64,000 bases of DNA from Cystobasidiomycetes sp. EMM_F5 (Eukaryota), in NCBI GenBank assembly GCA_051047955.1, contig JBPGPT010000007.1, positions 124,001-188,000 on the forward strand, written 5' to 3'. The notes beneath the pieces were generated by a model, which had not been told where the DNA came from, searched no databases, and saw only the letters and a list, made by a program, of their open reading frames with translations. A program made the position numbers and the translations under genes. Shown here one piece after another: positions 52,387-64,000 of this stretch; within the stretch, counting starts at the first letter, position 1, and each line of letters opens with the position of its first letter.

Positions 52387-54629
52387 TTACGGCTGCTGTC
52401 GAGCGTGCTGATACTGCAGCCAACGTTTCCTCCCCTCCTCGAGCAAGACGGATCGCCGGTCATTGTCACGAACGAGTCCTGTCAAGCTACGATTCGATAT
52501 GCTATGGGCATCCACCGATGCCGAAGTAGTGAGATTCGCCGACGGCGACTCCTCCGCAATCTCTGCCAACAGTCCATCTGTCAAGTCTGCCTTGAGTCGT
52601 GCAGGCCACCACGCCTCTGGAGAGATATCCTCCGCTTCAAGAAATGCATCGTATTGACTGCCGGAGCTACTCTGTTGCAGATCGGTCGAGCCGACGATAC
52701 TAGGAATTGCCTTGACTTGCTCCAGATACGCTCGAAGAGTGCTGCCCTTTGGAGTTTTGCTCGATTGGTGCAGCGAGAAAGGCAGAGGACCATAGTTGCC
52801 TTGACCCAGTGCGTAAGAAAAAGTGGGAACGGCTTCGATGATTTCCCGTACGAGAGAGTCAACCTCGTTTGCCACGAGTTCAAGATGCGTCATGCTTTCC
52901 TGTACTGAATCAAAAGGCTCGTCCGAAAATGTACTCTGAGGCTTGGTTGTGCGGGACATTGACACTCCTTCAAGGTCGCTAAGGGTTTGAGCCCGCTGAT
53001 CCGAACCGCCTGGACTACCAGATATCCGCAAGAAATCGCTATACCTCGTCCACAGGACAGTCAGGGCTAGGGAGTATTGCTCGAGAGCATGGCAAAGCTC
53101 AATGATGAGCAGTCTGTTGGTCTCGCTTCGACTACCAGGCTTCGCTACAAACTGCCTGCGCAGTGGGTAAAACAGGTTGCCGTGTTCCAATGTACCTGAT
53201 GTGCTTTGAGCAACGTCAGTTGCAAAGGAGGACCGCATCGAGCGTGGTTGATGGCGAGCGGGAACGGTCGTGTCGAAAAAAGTCTGTACGGATATGTCAT
53301 TCAGTCTGTGCCAGGAGCGCGGTCTCCGTTTCATACCTCATGACTTGCTTGTAGCGCCAAGCTCGACAGAGCCGTCACGCTTTCTCGATAAGCTGCGACC
53401 CAGGCTTCCCAACGAGCGCTTATTGGTGGTTGTGAACTGGGCAGAGTGGAAGGAGGATATGCCGTCGGATTTTGTTGCATATGCGGAGAAGCGTTCGTAA
53501 TGGATGCCAATGAGCCACGTCGCAGACTGTTCCAATCATTCGAAGACACGGAGTATCCCGATATAGTAGAACGCCTTCGCCGTGCACGGGCCTTGTCGTC
53601 ATCAAACGGATCCGACCAGGTCCAGCTGGATTCGCTCGGTCGACCTAAGCTGGGAACGGGTGTGACTATACTAGGCCGACGCGTATCGGGCGCAACAGAG
53701 CCGATCAAGGGTGTTGTGGCAGCAGAAGTACCCGTACTCGAGATATTGAGGGAGGGTTCCCGGTATTTAGAGCTTTCCGAAGTATCTATACCACTAGAAT
53801 GCCGCATAAGAGGCTTAGAAGAATAGGTGCTCGACCTATCCGGGAAGCTGAATGCCGAAGCTGGTTGCGACGCACTGCTGGCTACACTCGATCTTGAAGT
53901 GTTTACAGCCGCTACCCGGCGCATGGTCAGGCCCACGCCAAGTGGATCATCGTTCTGTAGGATGTCTATCAGACTTATTGGAGGATCCGCAGAGTCTGGG
54001 TTCTGGTACGCGTCTGGGCGAGATGTCGATGTTCCAACAGCCTGGAGTTCCGGCGCTTTGCCCACTCTCGGCCAGACACCATAATGACCCTTTCGCGGGG
54101 CAGCATTCTGCATGTTTGCCAGGTTGTGGAAAGCCAGCTTTATAAATTCGCTGTCAGAGCTGTCAGCTGTTAGACGACTTGAGCTAGATAGAGCTGGGAA
54201 AGTGACGCGGCGATGGGCTAGCGACGGACGATGTCGGGGTGGTGCGGCACTCGAGTCGTTCGCAGCAGCGCCAGCGTTTCCGCTTCCTGCGCGTTCATTC
54301 AGTCTTGATGGATGAGGATCATCGCCTGATGGATCCTGGGGTCGCACAAATGTCGATGACTTCCGCCAGGCAGACGATAGCCTGTTGACTGCAGTAGGCC
54401 TGCCTCCTTCTGCAAATACTGAAACTGCTGGAACTGGAGATACTGATAATATTGGAGAGAAATCAAGGTCTTGTTGCGATTCTGGCCGTGCACCTCTTGA
54501 CTGCGTTTCGCCTGGACGAGCCAGAAATGAATCAGCGGACACACAGAATGAATATGACGCGGCGAAAATTTGCGCACCTTGATGGTCTGCGACATGCTCG
54601 CTTTGGCGCTTTCCGGGTTCGCGATTCAT
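52387..54629 (-). CDS. Hypothetical protein; the 432-aa and 315-aa ORFs are joined by a phase-0 intron at 53284-53336
   Basis: ASHE|gtatga...cag|TFFDTT splices in frame. Ser-rich N-half and helical C-half; no recognised domain. Confidence 0.65.
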
Positions 54630-55391
54630 TCTTCAAAACCTGGTTGACTCTCAAAATATATATCCAAAGAGCAGTCTTCCATCTTTGACGTGGGATGCAT
54701 CTCCTGCAGCCCGCAGACTTTTACATAGCTCAACAGATGACTGTGGGACCGCGTCCAGCTCCTCCGAATCCCGCCCGAATGTGTGGAAATGGCAAGCCTA
54801 ACTTATTGGCTCCGCGGTCGTGGAGTTATCTTTGGACGCAGTCCAAGTGAGCTGTAACTAATTGCGTATAGAAGCGAGCGCGGGGTATCGGTTCACTATC
54901 GAACATTCACGCCGCCCTGGGAAGCCATGTGGGATTTACATGTACATTTCTTGCAAGAGCGGTACAAGGTCCCTCATCAAGTAGTGGAAGAGACATCGAC
55001 CTACAGATACACGGCAGCCCACAGCATTAATTAATGTGACTGGCTCTGCTTAATTTGACTGGTCTAAATGACTGTGTACTTACTTATGTGTGCGTGAATT
55101 GCGCCCCGCCCCAGATCGTGTACCTTACCCCAGGCTGTCAGATCATTCTTTCGGAACTCAACTATTGGTCAAAATTTTCGCACCGCTGCAATTTCGCACC
55201 TCGAAAAGCTCACACATGACAGCTGCCAACACATGTGTAGGTCTCCGTTACTTTCCAGCGTATAGGCGTCCATCGAACAAATTATGATTGGCAATGGAAA
55301 ACGAAAAACAATGGATATACAAAGAGTCTTGACGAGAAACTCGCCGACGCATAAAACACGATACTGGCGCGAAGCGTCGTCCCAGGTAGTC

Positions 55392-56732
55392 TCACGCTAC
55401 GCCTGCAAACATCATGGCTTCTGCATGCGTCTGCCGACCACCTTCATAACGACGCGGGGAAGCTGCTGATACTCGATGGCATCGATGCCGACGAGTTGCT
55501 GGACGCAGACCTCGAGGTCAATGCGCTCGAAGTCGGTGGCATCCTTGTCCGCTTGGGGCGTTTCCTGCCGGCACATCGTTCAAAGTGCTGGAGATGCCAG
55601 TCTGATCGTTGACAATCAACGTTGCAACTGTGTCACATACAGGTTCAGCATGTGTCTTCGTAATGACCCCCGTTATTCGTACGACTCACTACCAGGCTAC
55701 TTGGCAGAGGCTACAGCGAAGCATCTTCTGCAAATGAGCCAATTGACCTTTCTCCTGCACGCCAACCTTGCCGCATCCGCTACACACGCAGACGCGCTGG
55801 AGCGCCCGTCTCTTTTGCTGACTTTTTGTGCCGAGCGGGACAGCACGAGCTATAAAGCGCGTTGCTGTACTTGTTGGGAATGCATGCTCTAATGGGCAAT
55901 TCAGATGTGGCAATGTCGTCCAGTCCCCTCCATGAATCGGCATCTTGGCGCCAGCATTACGGTAGCGTTCTCGCGAGAATGTGAGGAGCAAGTCTGCTAT
56001 CGTCTGGTCATGCGTGATGACCTTGTTGGGGAGATATGGCGCCATTCCAAATTTATGGTAACTCGCTTCGTCAGGGTGAAATACTTCGTCCAAAGCGAGA
56101 TCGCTTCCAGTAAAGGCCGATGGCATACAAGCTGCCAGTTTGAGAGCCAGTACCGCCAACGGTGAGCGGCCTGCAATCTTGAGAAAGGGCGTACATGTCA
56201 TGAGTGGCCCTCTCGGATGTATAACGGCGGTATCGCGCTTCTCGTCCCACAGCGTGAACAGTACGTAGAGGTATGCGGAATCTGCGACCTGCGCAATGGT
56301 ACTGTCGAGATCGGTCAAGGAGATTGTCTTCTTCCCCTTGCCCGCCATACCCTTCTCTGCGAGATGCTCGCTCATTTCCTTGTTTCTGACGAATGAGGGT
56401 TTCAATACGATTTCAGCCTTCCATACGTTGGCAACTCCGTCTGGTAGCTTTGGCGGGCAATCGAGATAGATGTAGTCGACCCAGAGAAGGGTCAGGGCAT
56501 GAGCTAGGCGTTGCGGCTTGCGATTCATGTCGCACTTCATGAATTCAGCAATTTCCAGAAATCGTAGGCCCAACAGCGTAAGGGACGCGCCACTGCTGCA
56601 GGTCTCGCAATCACACGTGGTAGGATGTGTGTATGTTGAATCTGCAGTCTTTTCGACGTGTTTGAGGGTATTCTTGACGCGGTCGAGTGCCTTGAGGACA
56701 TTAGCACGCGCATCGGCAATTGCTGTGCACAT
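55392..56732 (-). CDS. MYND zinc-finger protein, paralogue A (intron 55628-55689)
   Basis: CSGC...RCSLCQVAWY|CNVDCQRSDWHLQHFERC gives a complete MYND pattern after splicing. Confidence 0.85.
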
Positions 56733-57331
56733 AGTATCGAGGGTCGGGATACAAAGTGGTTGAATTCGAGCCAGTCGAGTAGTGTGGACGAAACGTCAAA
56801 GGATGGATGGAGTCTGAAGTGTCAGCAAGTCAAAGTCTGAAATTGGCCCAAACATTGCCGGCGGGCGCAGGGGCTGTTCAGGATGCAAGCGCAAACCCCA
56901 GCTATAGCTAGCCAGCGAGGGTTTTTTGACTCTTTGTTGACTGATATCGTCTGTTGTTAGCGACGAGTGCGCCATATCCGACCTTACAGGACAATCAGAT
57001 TGAGCACAAGCCAACCGAATGAGCGCGATGTGGAGAAATGCAAAAATCGACTCTGTGTCAAAAATACCAAACGACGAGGACCAAAGCAGATCTTTAACAA
57101 GAGTGGACTCACAAGTTGAGTACAACAATCGTTTTCATATCAAACAAGGAGATAAGTACATGTACAAGATTCCGGCCATTCGGTATATTTACAGCATGAA
57201 AAGGAAGGGTATATGCGATTCTATCCGGATCCCTAATCGTGTCAAGTAAGCTCTATGTGCGTTAATACTCTGCATTGGCTCAATCTGATTCCAGCTCGAA
57301 GATCGACGAAGTAGAGCGGAGACGCGATGAT

Positions 57332-58708
57332 TTACATGATATTGCAAGACGACTCGGAACAGACGGACGTGGCGGGCGTCTCCGGTGATGTCTGCTGAGA
57401 GCTACTCCGCGAAGTCATGGAGCTGGATCCTTGGGGCCTTTCGTAGATTCGACGCACTTTTGGCCTCCACTTTCGAAGTCCAGTACAGCTTTTAGCGTGA
57501 TGTCTGTTCCAATCCTCCCGTTGACATGTCTTATCGCAGCTGGACTCTGGCGTCAGGATGCAACACTTGTCAATCCACAGTGACGGTACCCCACAACAGC
57601 ACAAATCGACTTACTACCAAGTCGTTTGGCACAAGCTGCATCGCAACAGCTTGTCAAACAGTGAGAGGCCTCCATTCCTGTCTACACCGACATGACCACA
57701 TCCACTACACACGCAGACCTGCTGAGCGTATGAATTCAGGCAAAGCTTTGAGGCGGGTACCACCGGTCGACATGCGTTGAGTGGGGTGGGCACGGCCGAG
57801 AACGTTGTCTCGGTCGAAGTGATGACGAAAGATTCACATAAGGGGTCCACGAAGGGTAGAGATGTCCAGGCAAATCCGTGACTGGGGAGTGGGGTACCGG
57901 AAACTCCGCACGCCGCGGTCATCAGGTCCGCCAGTGTCTGGTCATGCGTGATTACTCGATACGGCTTGAATGTGTTGAACTCGCCAGCTGTGATGTCTTC
58001 GTTCGATTTGGATTTATTCTCGTACAAGTATCCGCGTTGCGAAAACGCAGACATGATGCAAGTGCTAAGCTTCACGGCCAAAACGCACAACCATGACTGT
58101 CCGGGAAGGAAAAAGAAGGGAATATTCGCACATATTTGAGTAAGTGAGGATGCATCAGTTGGCTGATTGCGGTCCATATCCCACATTGTGAGCCGAATTC
58201 CGAGCATGGCTGCTTCCTGCGAAAGCGGAGCTTTCTGTTTAACATTCTGTAGCGATTCGTCTGCTGGCCCTTGGAAATAGTGGAACTTGTCTCTGTAACG
58301 GTGACCCTTACGGGCAAGGTGTGCTTTGACGAGCGTAGCAGCATCTGTCGTTACAGGTGCTAGGACAGTTTCCAACAGCCAAACGTTGCGCGTTCCATTG
58401 CTGAATTGCAGCGGGCAAGGTAGAGGTCCGTACTCCATCCACATGGTGCAGATCCATCTGGCCAGCGTGTCGTTGTAGTGGTTATCTTGACCGTCGGTCC
58501 CAAATATCGCCATTAATTGAAGAGGCGGCAAACCCATCAAGCAGAGGTCTTCGCTATCAGTGCGATGATTTCCGAAAAACGTCTTCATGCGAGCGACATA
58601 GTGCTCAGGACAAAAGAGCTTGAAGGGAGTGCCCTTTTTCGGCTGAGGCTTTGCTGGGCTTTGTTGCGCAACCGATTTTGCTGGGCAGTGTTTCTGAATT
58701 TGCAGCAT
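57332..58708 (-). CDS. MYND zinc-finger protein, paralogue B (intron 57540-57614; start uncertain)
   Basis: CSGC...RCSLCQTTWY|CDKTCQREDWNRHHAKSC. The intron is at the same position as in paralogue A. Confidence 0.85.
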
Positions 58709-59208
58709 TGTGCATAAGACGCAAGGCCAGCTGAATGTTCTCGTGAAGACGAATCACCGTCGAATAAAACAACGTGCAGGTCATCAGTACTGCCCGAGTT
58801 CATCATCCAAGCTAAAATTTTAGCAATTCAGGTCCACACGAGGGGATGTGTCAGGAGTGTCAACATCCACAGATTACGTGATTGAGCTGCAATGCGACGC
58901 TGTAACTATAGGAATAATGTCTGATTTCTTAGCACGGTAGTTGTTAGTAGCTAGTCTCCGCAATATTGATGTCCTCTCGCTTCCACTGTCAGTCGTCCGA
59001 TAAGGCGAAGCTTCGACACCACCGCGCACGGATTCTCTATCTAGACACTGTAGTCCGCGTACAGTACGTCCTATGCGACCCTTCTCCCCTCTCCTCTTTT
59101 GTCTCTCTTTCTTTTTCTCCTCGATCACATCCGGAAGCCGAGTTTGACGATGCCGACCTGAGAAAGCCAGCCAAGTCGCATATTGTCGTAAGCAGCAATT
59201 CATCAACC

Positions 59209-60198
59209 ATGGGTGGTCAGTAGTGCTGTCGACATTGTCTACGCTGTCAGGATGCTGATGCTCCTCTTTCCTCGCTTTTCCTGGCCGCAATTCCGACACA
59301 TCTATGCACACCATGACCGACACATATATGCTATCATTGCTGAATGATGACCATGCTCAATATTATGCTACAAACATGTCTCGAATTATGCAGCCTACGC
59401 TTATCTCGCCGAGCTCTCGAAGCGAAAGCAGAGCGATGTTTCCCAATTCCTGCTCCGAGTACGTGAAGGAATATAGCAGCAAGCTACAAGCAAAGGACAA
59501 ACAAGCTTATACGATTCATCTTTCTCTGTGATTGCCTAAACAGACCCGATGCTGGGAGTACAGGCAATTGAATGTCATTCACCGCTGCTCTCGCCCTTCG
59601 CGACCCGACAAGGCTCGCAGACTGGGCTACAAGGCAAAGCAGGGTTACGTCGTATACCGTGTCCGTGTACGCCGCGGTAACAGAAAGCGACAGGTGGCAA
59701 AGGGTGCTACTTTCGGCAAGCCGACCAACCAGGGTGTAAACCAACTCAAATTCCAAAGATCCCTGAGATCAGTCGCGGAAGAGCGTGTAGCGCGAAGATG
59801 CGGTGGTCTACGTGTACTGAACGTGAGTCATCATCGCTTGACACCGTTGATACATCTTTGCTGATGACACAATGTTTTCAGTCCTACTGGATCAATCAGG
59901 ACGGAGTGTACAAGTATTACGAAGTCATCCTCGTCGACCCCTCCCACAAGGCTATCCGTCGTGATGCCCGCATCAACTGGATTGCCAACCCCGTTCACAA
60001 GCGTCGCGAAATTCGCGGTCTCACCTCTGCCGGCAAGCAGTCTCGCGGCCTCGGAAAGGGACACAAGTACAATCATGGTCCGCAATACGCTACGTGGAAG
60101 AAGCATAACCTCTTGAGTTTGAAAAGGAAAGGGGAAAGAGCGTTACCTCTTCATCGGGCTAGACTAACGCTTGATTACCTTTCTGCAGATACCGATAG
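59209..60198 (+). CDS. RPL15: 60S ribosomal protein L15 (eL15), 5 exons; last intron apparently GA-AG
   Basis: [33 protein letters not shown]...[15 protein letters not shown]...LRVLN|SYWINQD...[10 protein letters not shown]. Confidence 0.97.
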
Positions 60199-60519
60199 CC
60201 GCGCAGACTTTGCGTCGGCTTGTATCTTCGGAAACAAGCTATGGCGACCTTGCGTCAGTTGTACTATCAAGGAGCGCGACGTCGGCTTTGTCATGTCATG
60301 GAGCATCCTTTCGGTCGCTTTTGCCAATCAATGCAGTGTTCGAAAACTTAAGATTTTAGGCGACCTTGTTATGCGTCACTTCAGTGACCACAAGGCGAGC
60401 TTCTGACCGGGAGATCATCTAAATCGCAGCACTTTACTTTGCATACATTGCTAATCGGCATGCAACGCTTTAGATACACAGTACTACTGCACTGACGTTC
60501 AACACGTGCCGTGCGATCA

Positions 60520-61323
60520 CTACTCTTCTTCTGTCCACTGATTAGCCAACTCTCCTATTTTCGGTAAATGGTATCTTTGCAGAGTGTCTCCACTTCGATA
60601 TGCTTGAAAACTATGATAAACAGAGTTATATCAGACGGACTTGAGTATGCAAAATCAGATATTAAACATACGCAAGATGACCATACAGCGCTGCATCGAC
60701 TAGAAAGAGTAGCCAGCTGAAGAAGCTTGACCAGAGGAGGAGAATGTGCAGGATGGCTAGTCCTGCACCGAGTAACAGGGACTGCCAGGCGTGAAAACGG
60801 CTACACAGAAGCCATTAGAGGATGTGTGAATTGTGTAACATCGCGTAGCTTACACGTAGTCATTCTTCGTTTCCAGTATGAGTAAAACTATCGCCAGTAT
60901 CGGGCCAGCAATGTACGCTGCTGCAGCTTCTATATCGATCCTCCAGCCATACGTTGTATCGTATGCATCGTGAGTGTTGCTCTCATTCTGGTATGCTCCT
61001 CCTCTGCCGCTACCCACTTCTCCACCATTCTCTACGTCCCACAGCACATCCCCCTGTGCAGCACTACTGCCCTGCCGCGACGAAGACGAGGCAGACCCTC
61101 CTGCATTCCCGCTGAATGAGTTGAGGTCTGATGGCCGTGCACCAGATTGATATGATCCGACGCTAAACCACGGAGACTTGGGCCGTGTCGCTGTGTTCGA
61201 TGACGATGTGGATGGCTTGCTCGTGGAACTTGAACCTGGTAAAAGACGCGAAGAGCTGCCTCGAGGGGACGATGGAGGGGATTGGTAGGGTGCGAAATTG
61301 AGTGAGGGAGACGGGCGAGCCAT
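60520..61323 (-). CDS. Small membrane protein, UPF0132/Tic20-like, 3 exons
   Basis: Motifs RIDIEAAAAYIAGP, LLILETKNDYV|RFHAWQSLLL, AYRSGDTLQRYHLPKIGELANQWTEEE*. Confidence 0.75.
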
Positions 61324-61578
61324 TGTTGGAGTCTGTATGGCTCTTTACGCGAGGTTGCGTTGTCGATAGTTGTCGCCGTGATTACCCAGCAAATACCCAA
61401 CAGCGGTGCAAGCCTTTTAGATGGAGTGATGTTCAGATGCTCAGACGGCGTAATCGCACATAGTCATGACTCAATCATGGTGAGTTGTTGGAAGGATACT
61501 TGTTGACGAGCAATCGCATCGTCGCTTTTACTGCTTCCAGTTCGTTACCGACTGGCATTATCCTGCTCCGCTCGTACA

Positions 61579-62306
61579 ATGTCATCTACATGCACAGACT
61601 GCGAGAAAGATGACGCTCCTCAGGCTGCGCCGGCAGTGAATCATGTCGAGGAGAATGTTATGGATCCAGCTACATTTACAAAGCCAGATCTGAGCAAGGA
61701 TGTGAGGGTAGTCATCGAGTACTGCAACAGATGGTGAGTAGATGCAGCCTCGATGGAAAAGCCAGGCTGATGCTCGTGGTGGTTTGCGAATTGTGTTGTA
61801 CTGACAGTCGATGGTAAGGTTGTGTCCGCTTGCAGACGGCATGCTCAATCCTGACACTCCAATCGTCAAAGGAACGCTCGGGCTACGTGGTCAGTCTTAT
61901 CGCTGCTTTCGACTTTAGCTGTCACTACTGACTTCACATTTAAAAGGATACAGACCGAACTGCTCAATACATTCTCGCCGAGTGGGGAATCCGAAAAGAC
62001 ATCAGACGCATCCCCATCTACCATCAGTGCAGTCACAATAATGCCCCGCTCAGATCCGGCAACGGCAGGGCGATTCCGGATATGGCTGTACAAGGCGAAT
62101 GAGCCAAAGCCAGTCCTGATACACGATAGAAAGATTGAAGGTGGCTTTGCGGAAACTAAGATTATCGTGAGGGATTGAACTACTCGCTTTGATTGCAAAT
62201 ATTGATATACAGCGTGCAGAAACAGAAAATCAGAGAGATTATTGACCCTTCCAGGGGGCTCGGGCACTCTGACAAGCCTGGCAAGTCAAGTATCCCATCG
62301 TCTTGA
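61579..62306 (+). CDS. Rdx-family (SelT/SelW/SelH-like) thioredoxin-fold protein, Cys form; exons 61579-61733, 61808-61813, 61872-61889, 61947-62166, 62220-62306
   Basis: Spliced product reads VVIEYCNRCRWNARATWIQTELLNTF...AGRFRIW...IHDRKIEGGFAETKIIKQKIREIIDPSRGLGHSD, matching the Rdx family pattern. Not present in the ORF track. Confidence 0.88.
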
Positions 62307-62497
62307 TAACGGGTAGATATGTCCGGCTTTGCACGTCGTTCGCTCGCGATGAATAATCCAAGTCCGGCAAGTTGCAGGATTACCTTTTCTGCCTTGACAT
62401 CGATGCTGGGCACAGCCACGAGGAGTTCTGCCATGCAGGTATCACGCCATCAGAGAAGGTCGAACAGTGCTGAAACCTAGGACTACGACTACGACAT

Positions 62498-64000
62498 TCA
62501 AGACCAGCCTGAAATATTCTGCTCGAGCGGATCACGACCCTGCTGAATCTCGACCTGTCTCTGCTCTTCGATGACGAGTCTCGACAAATCCGCAAATCCC
62601 ATCTCTCCAGCCGCGGTCCGCAAAAGGTCTTTCGTCCTCCCTTCGCGCTCCAATCGCGCCCATCCGCGCATACACATCCAAAAGTCCTTTCTCACTTCCT
62701 CCCGCCATGGCTCAAGCACAATGCCTGTCCTTTCTTCGCTGTTGCCTGGTTCGATACCATGCGATTTGAGAAAGTCAATGATGCGGTGTTGGTAAATTTC
62801 GCTTTCGCCCGCTTCGGGACGGCCTTGACGTTGTCCTAGCTTTTCAATCGTACGACCGAGCGCACGAGTGCGATCTTCATGAGCTCGTAGGGCGTCTTGC
62901 ATCTCAGAGCGCGAAGGAATGATGGATGGAACGGCAAGAGACCAAGCTATCAATGCCGCTTGTACGGCGTTGGACAACCTGTAGCTCGTAGACATGATGT
63001 TTCCGCACCAAAATAGCGATGCAGGTCCATGCGACTCTGCAAAAGACATGGTGTGCTCGTACAATGGACGTACTAAGGAATCGCAATCTCTGTTCAGATG
63101 CTGACAGACCATCAGGAGCCTAGGCGACTCACCGTACAGATCGGTGCTGACTAGCCCATTGAATTCTTCGTCTTCCAAATCGGGCAACACACAGCCGGGT
63201 CTTCGGACCAAGGCGCCGCCTCGCTCGAGGTATTCATATCGGATAATAAAGCCTGTTCCAAGGTAGACGGTGTCAATTCTGTAACGGCGCGCTTAGTCAA
63301 GCTCCGCTTCAAACAATGCAAGAACCACGTATGAAGAGCTCACTCGTCAATCTGGGTCCCATCACCCAACAGTACAGCATCTTTACTAAAGCCAGCTAGG
63401 CGTGCTGTCCGCTCGAATGGCCATGATGGTGGCAGTACGACTGCCGGGTTCATAGCATGGTAGACCTGTGTTTTGTCGTTATTGACTCGCCGCTGATTAC
63501 ACACTGTGTTTGGCAAGCTTCCCACCTTCCTGGCCGTGGTACCTATTTGTAAAGCACCGTCCAGCCCGGATGGTCCGGATCCGACGATCAGCACAGTCTT
63601 GTCTGTAAAAGGCTCAGGACCTCGATAGTATGCCGAATGTACGACTTTCCTCCCGGATTCATTCTGCAACCATTCTTCCTTGCCCGGCAGGAACGGTATA
63701 AAGGGATGGACGAGATGACCAGTAGCGTCTATAATCACATCGATATGGTCTGTGTACTCCAGGTCGTCTGGATTTGACGGGAATGGTCGAGAAATTGCGC
63801 GCCAGAACCCTTCTTTCCCTGCTTGCGGCTTGACCCACGTTGTGCTGTACAGCTCTCGCTTATACAATATGCGACGTGGTAGTTGTCTGCGAGCGACGTC
63901 TGGGGGCGTATTCTGCGGCCGTAGCGGGACTGCGTGATTCTGAATGTGCCCATTTGATGTGCTTGCAGATACGGCTGCATTCCAGTCTTGCTCGGAGGAA
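62498..64000 (-). CDS. Flavin-containing monooxygenase (FMO-like), 5' end beyond window
   Basis: Motifs IIDATGH, VVHSAYYRGPEPF (FMO fingerprint), NADPH-binding VLIVGSGPSGLD, IDTVYLGTGF. Confidence 0.88.

Noticed and set aside
53331..53334. ATGA stop/start overlap of two ORFs, suggesting translational coupling
   Set aside because: Better explained by a gtatga..cag intron (53284-53336) joining them into one gene.
55628..57616. Premature stops (W-TAG) suggesting MYND pseudogenes
   Set aside because: The TAG is TA|gt at a splice donor; splicing restores the Tyr codon and completes the finger in both genes.
59216..59393. snoRNA in the long first intron of RPL15
   Set aside because: An ATGATGA box C-like motif lies near the 3' end with no downstream CTGA in the intron, so the box order is wrong.
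59798..60406. RPL15 with a genuine ~90-aa C-terminal extension, as the ORF track implies
   Set aside because: Branch, acceptor and YR* signals indicate an intron; the extension looks like 3' UTR sequence.
61722..61813. Selenocysteine in the SelW-like gene (exon 1 ends TG|)
   Set aside because: The next exon begins with T, giving TGT (Cys). There is no in-frame TGA and I recognised no SECIS element.
1..64000. CRISPR arrays, tRNA/rRNA genes, transposons, secondary-metabolite cluster
   Set aside because: No repeat-spacer arrays, cloverleafs, terminal repeats, transposase/RT motifs or PKS/NRPS genes were seen by eye. Small ncRNAs could be missed without a covariance-model search.

Overview
Gene-dense eukaryotic DNA with many short (mostly 50-80 nt) spliceosomal introns. 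It looks fungal and basidiomycete-like (inferred from intron style and gene content; taxon not determined). About 29 protein-coding genes are supportable. Recognisable ones: PiT/Pho89 phosphate symporter, Rgp1, Ost5, Tim22, Gid4/Vid24, Edc3, an alpha-arrestin, a UPF0052/CofD-like protein, gamma-glutamyl transpeptidase, CSN7, Dbp5, mitochondrial L22, a CLC transporter, Ifa38, a PSP1-domain protein, Elp1, Rpl15, an Rdx (SelT/W/H-like) protein and an FMO. No rRNA, tRNA, CRISPR array or transposon was seen. Main findings: (1) the last RPL15 intron restores the conserved C-terminus only if it is spliced from a non-canonical GA donor; (2) an 80-aa secreted 8-Cys peptide that the ORF track misses; (3) an Rdx gene whose CxxC motif is completed by a 6-nt microexon; (4) five same-strand GCAATAC copies upstream of the PSP1 gene; (5) a tandem pair of diverged MYND-finger paralogues with a shared unrecognised domain; (6) six co-oriented genes with spacers as short as 91 bp; (7) two GC-AG introns. 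All gene models were spliced by eye and need RNA-seq confirmation.
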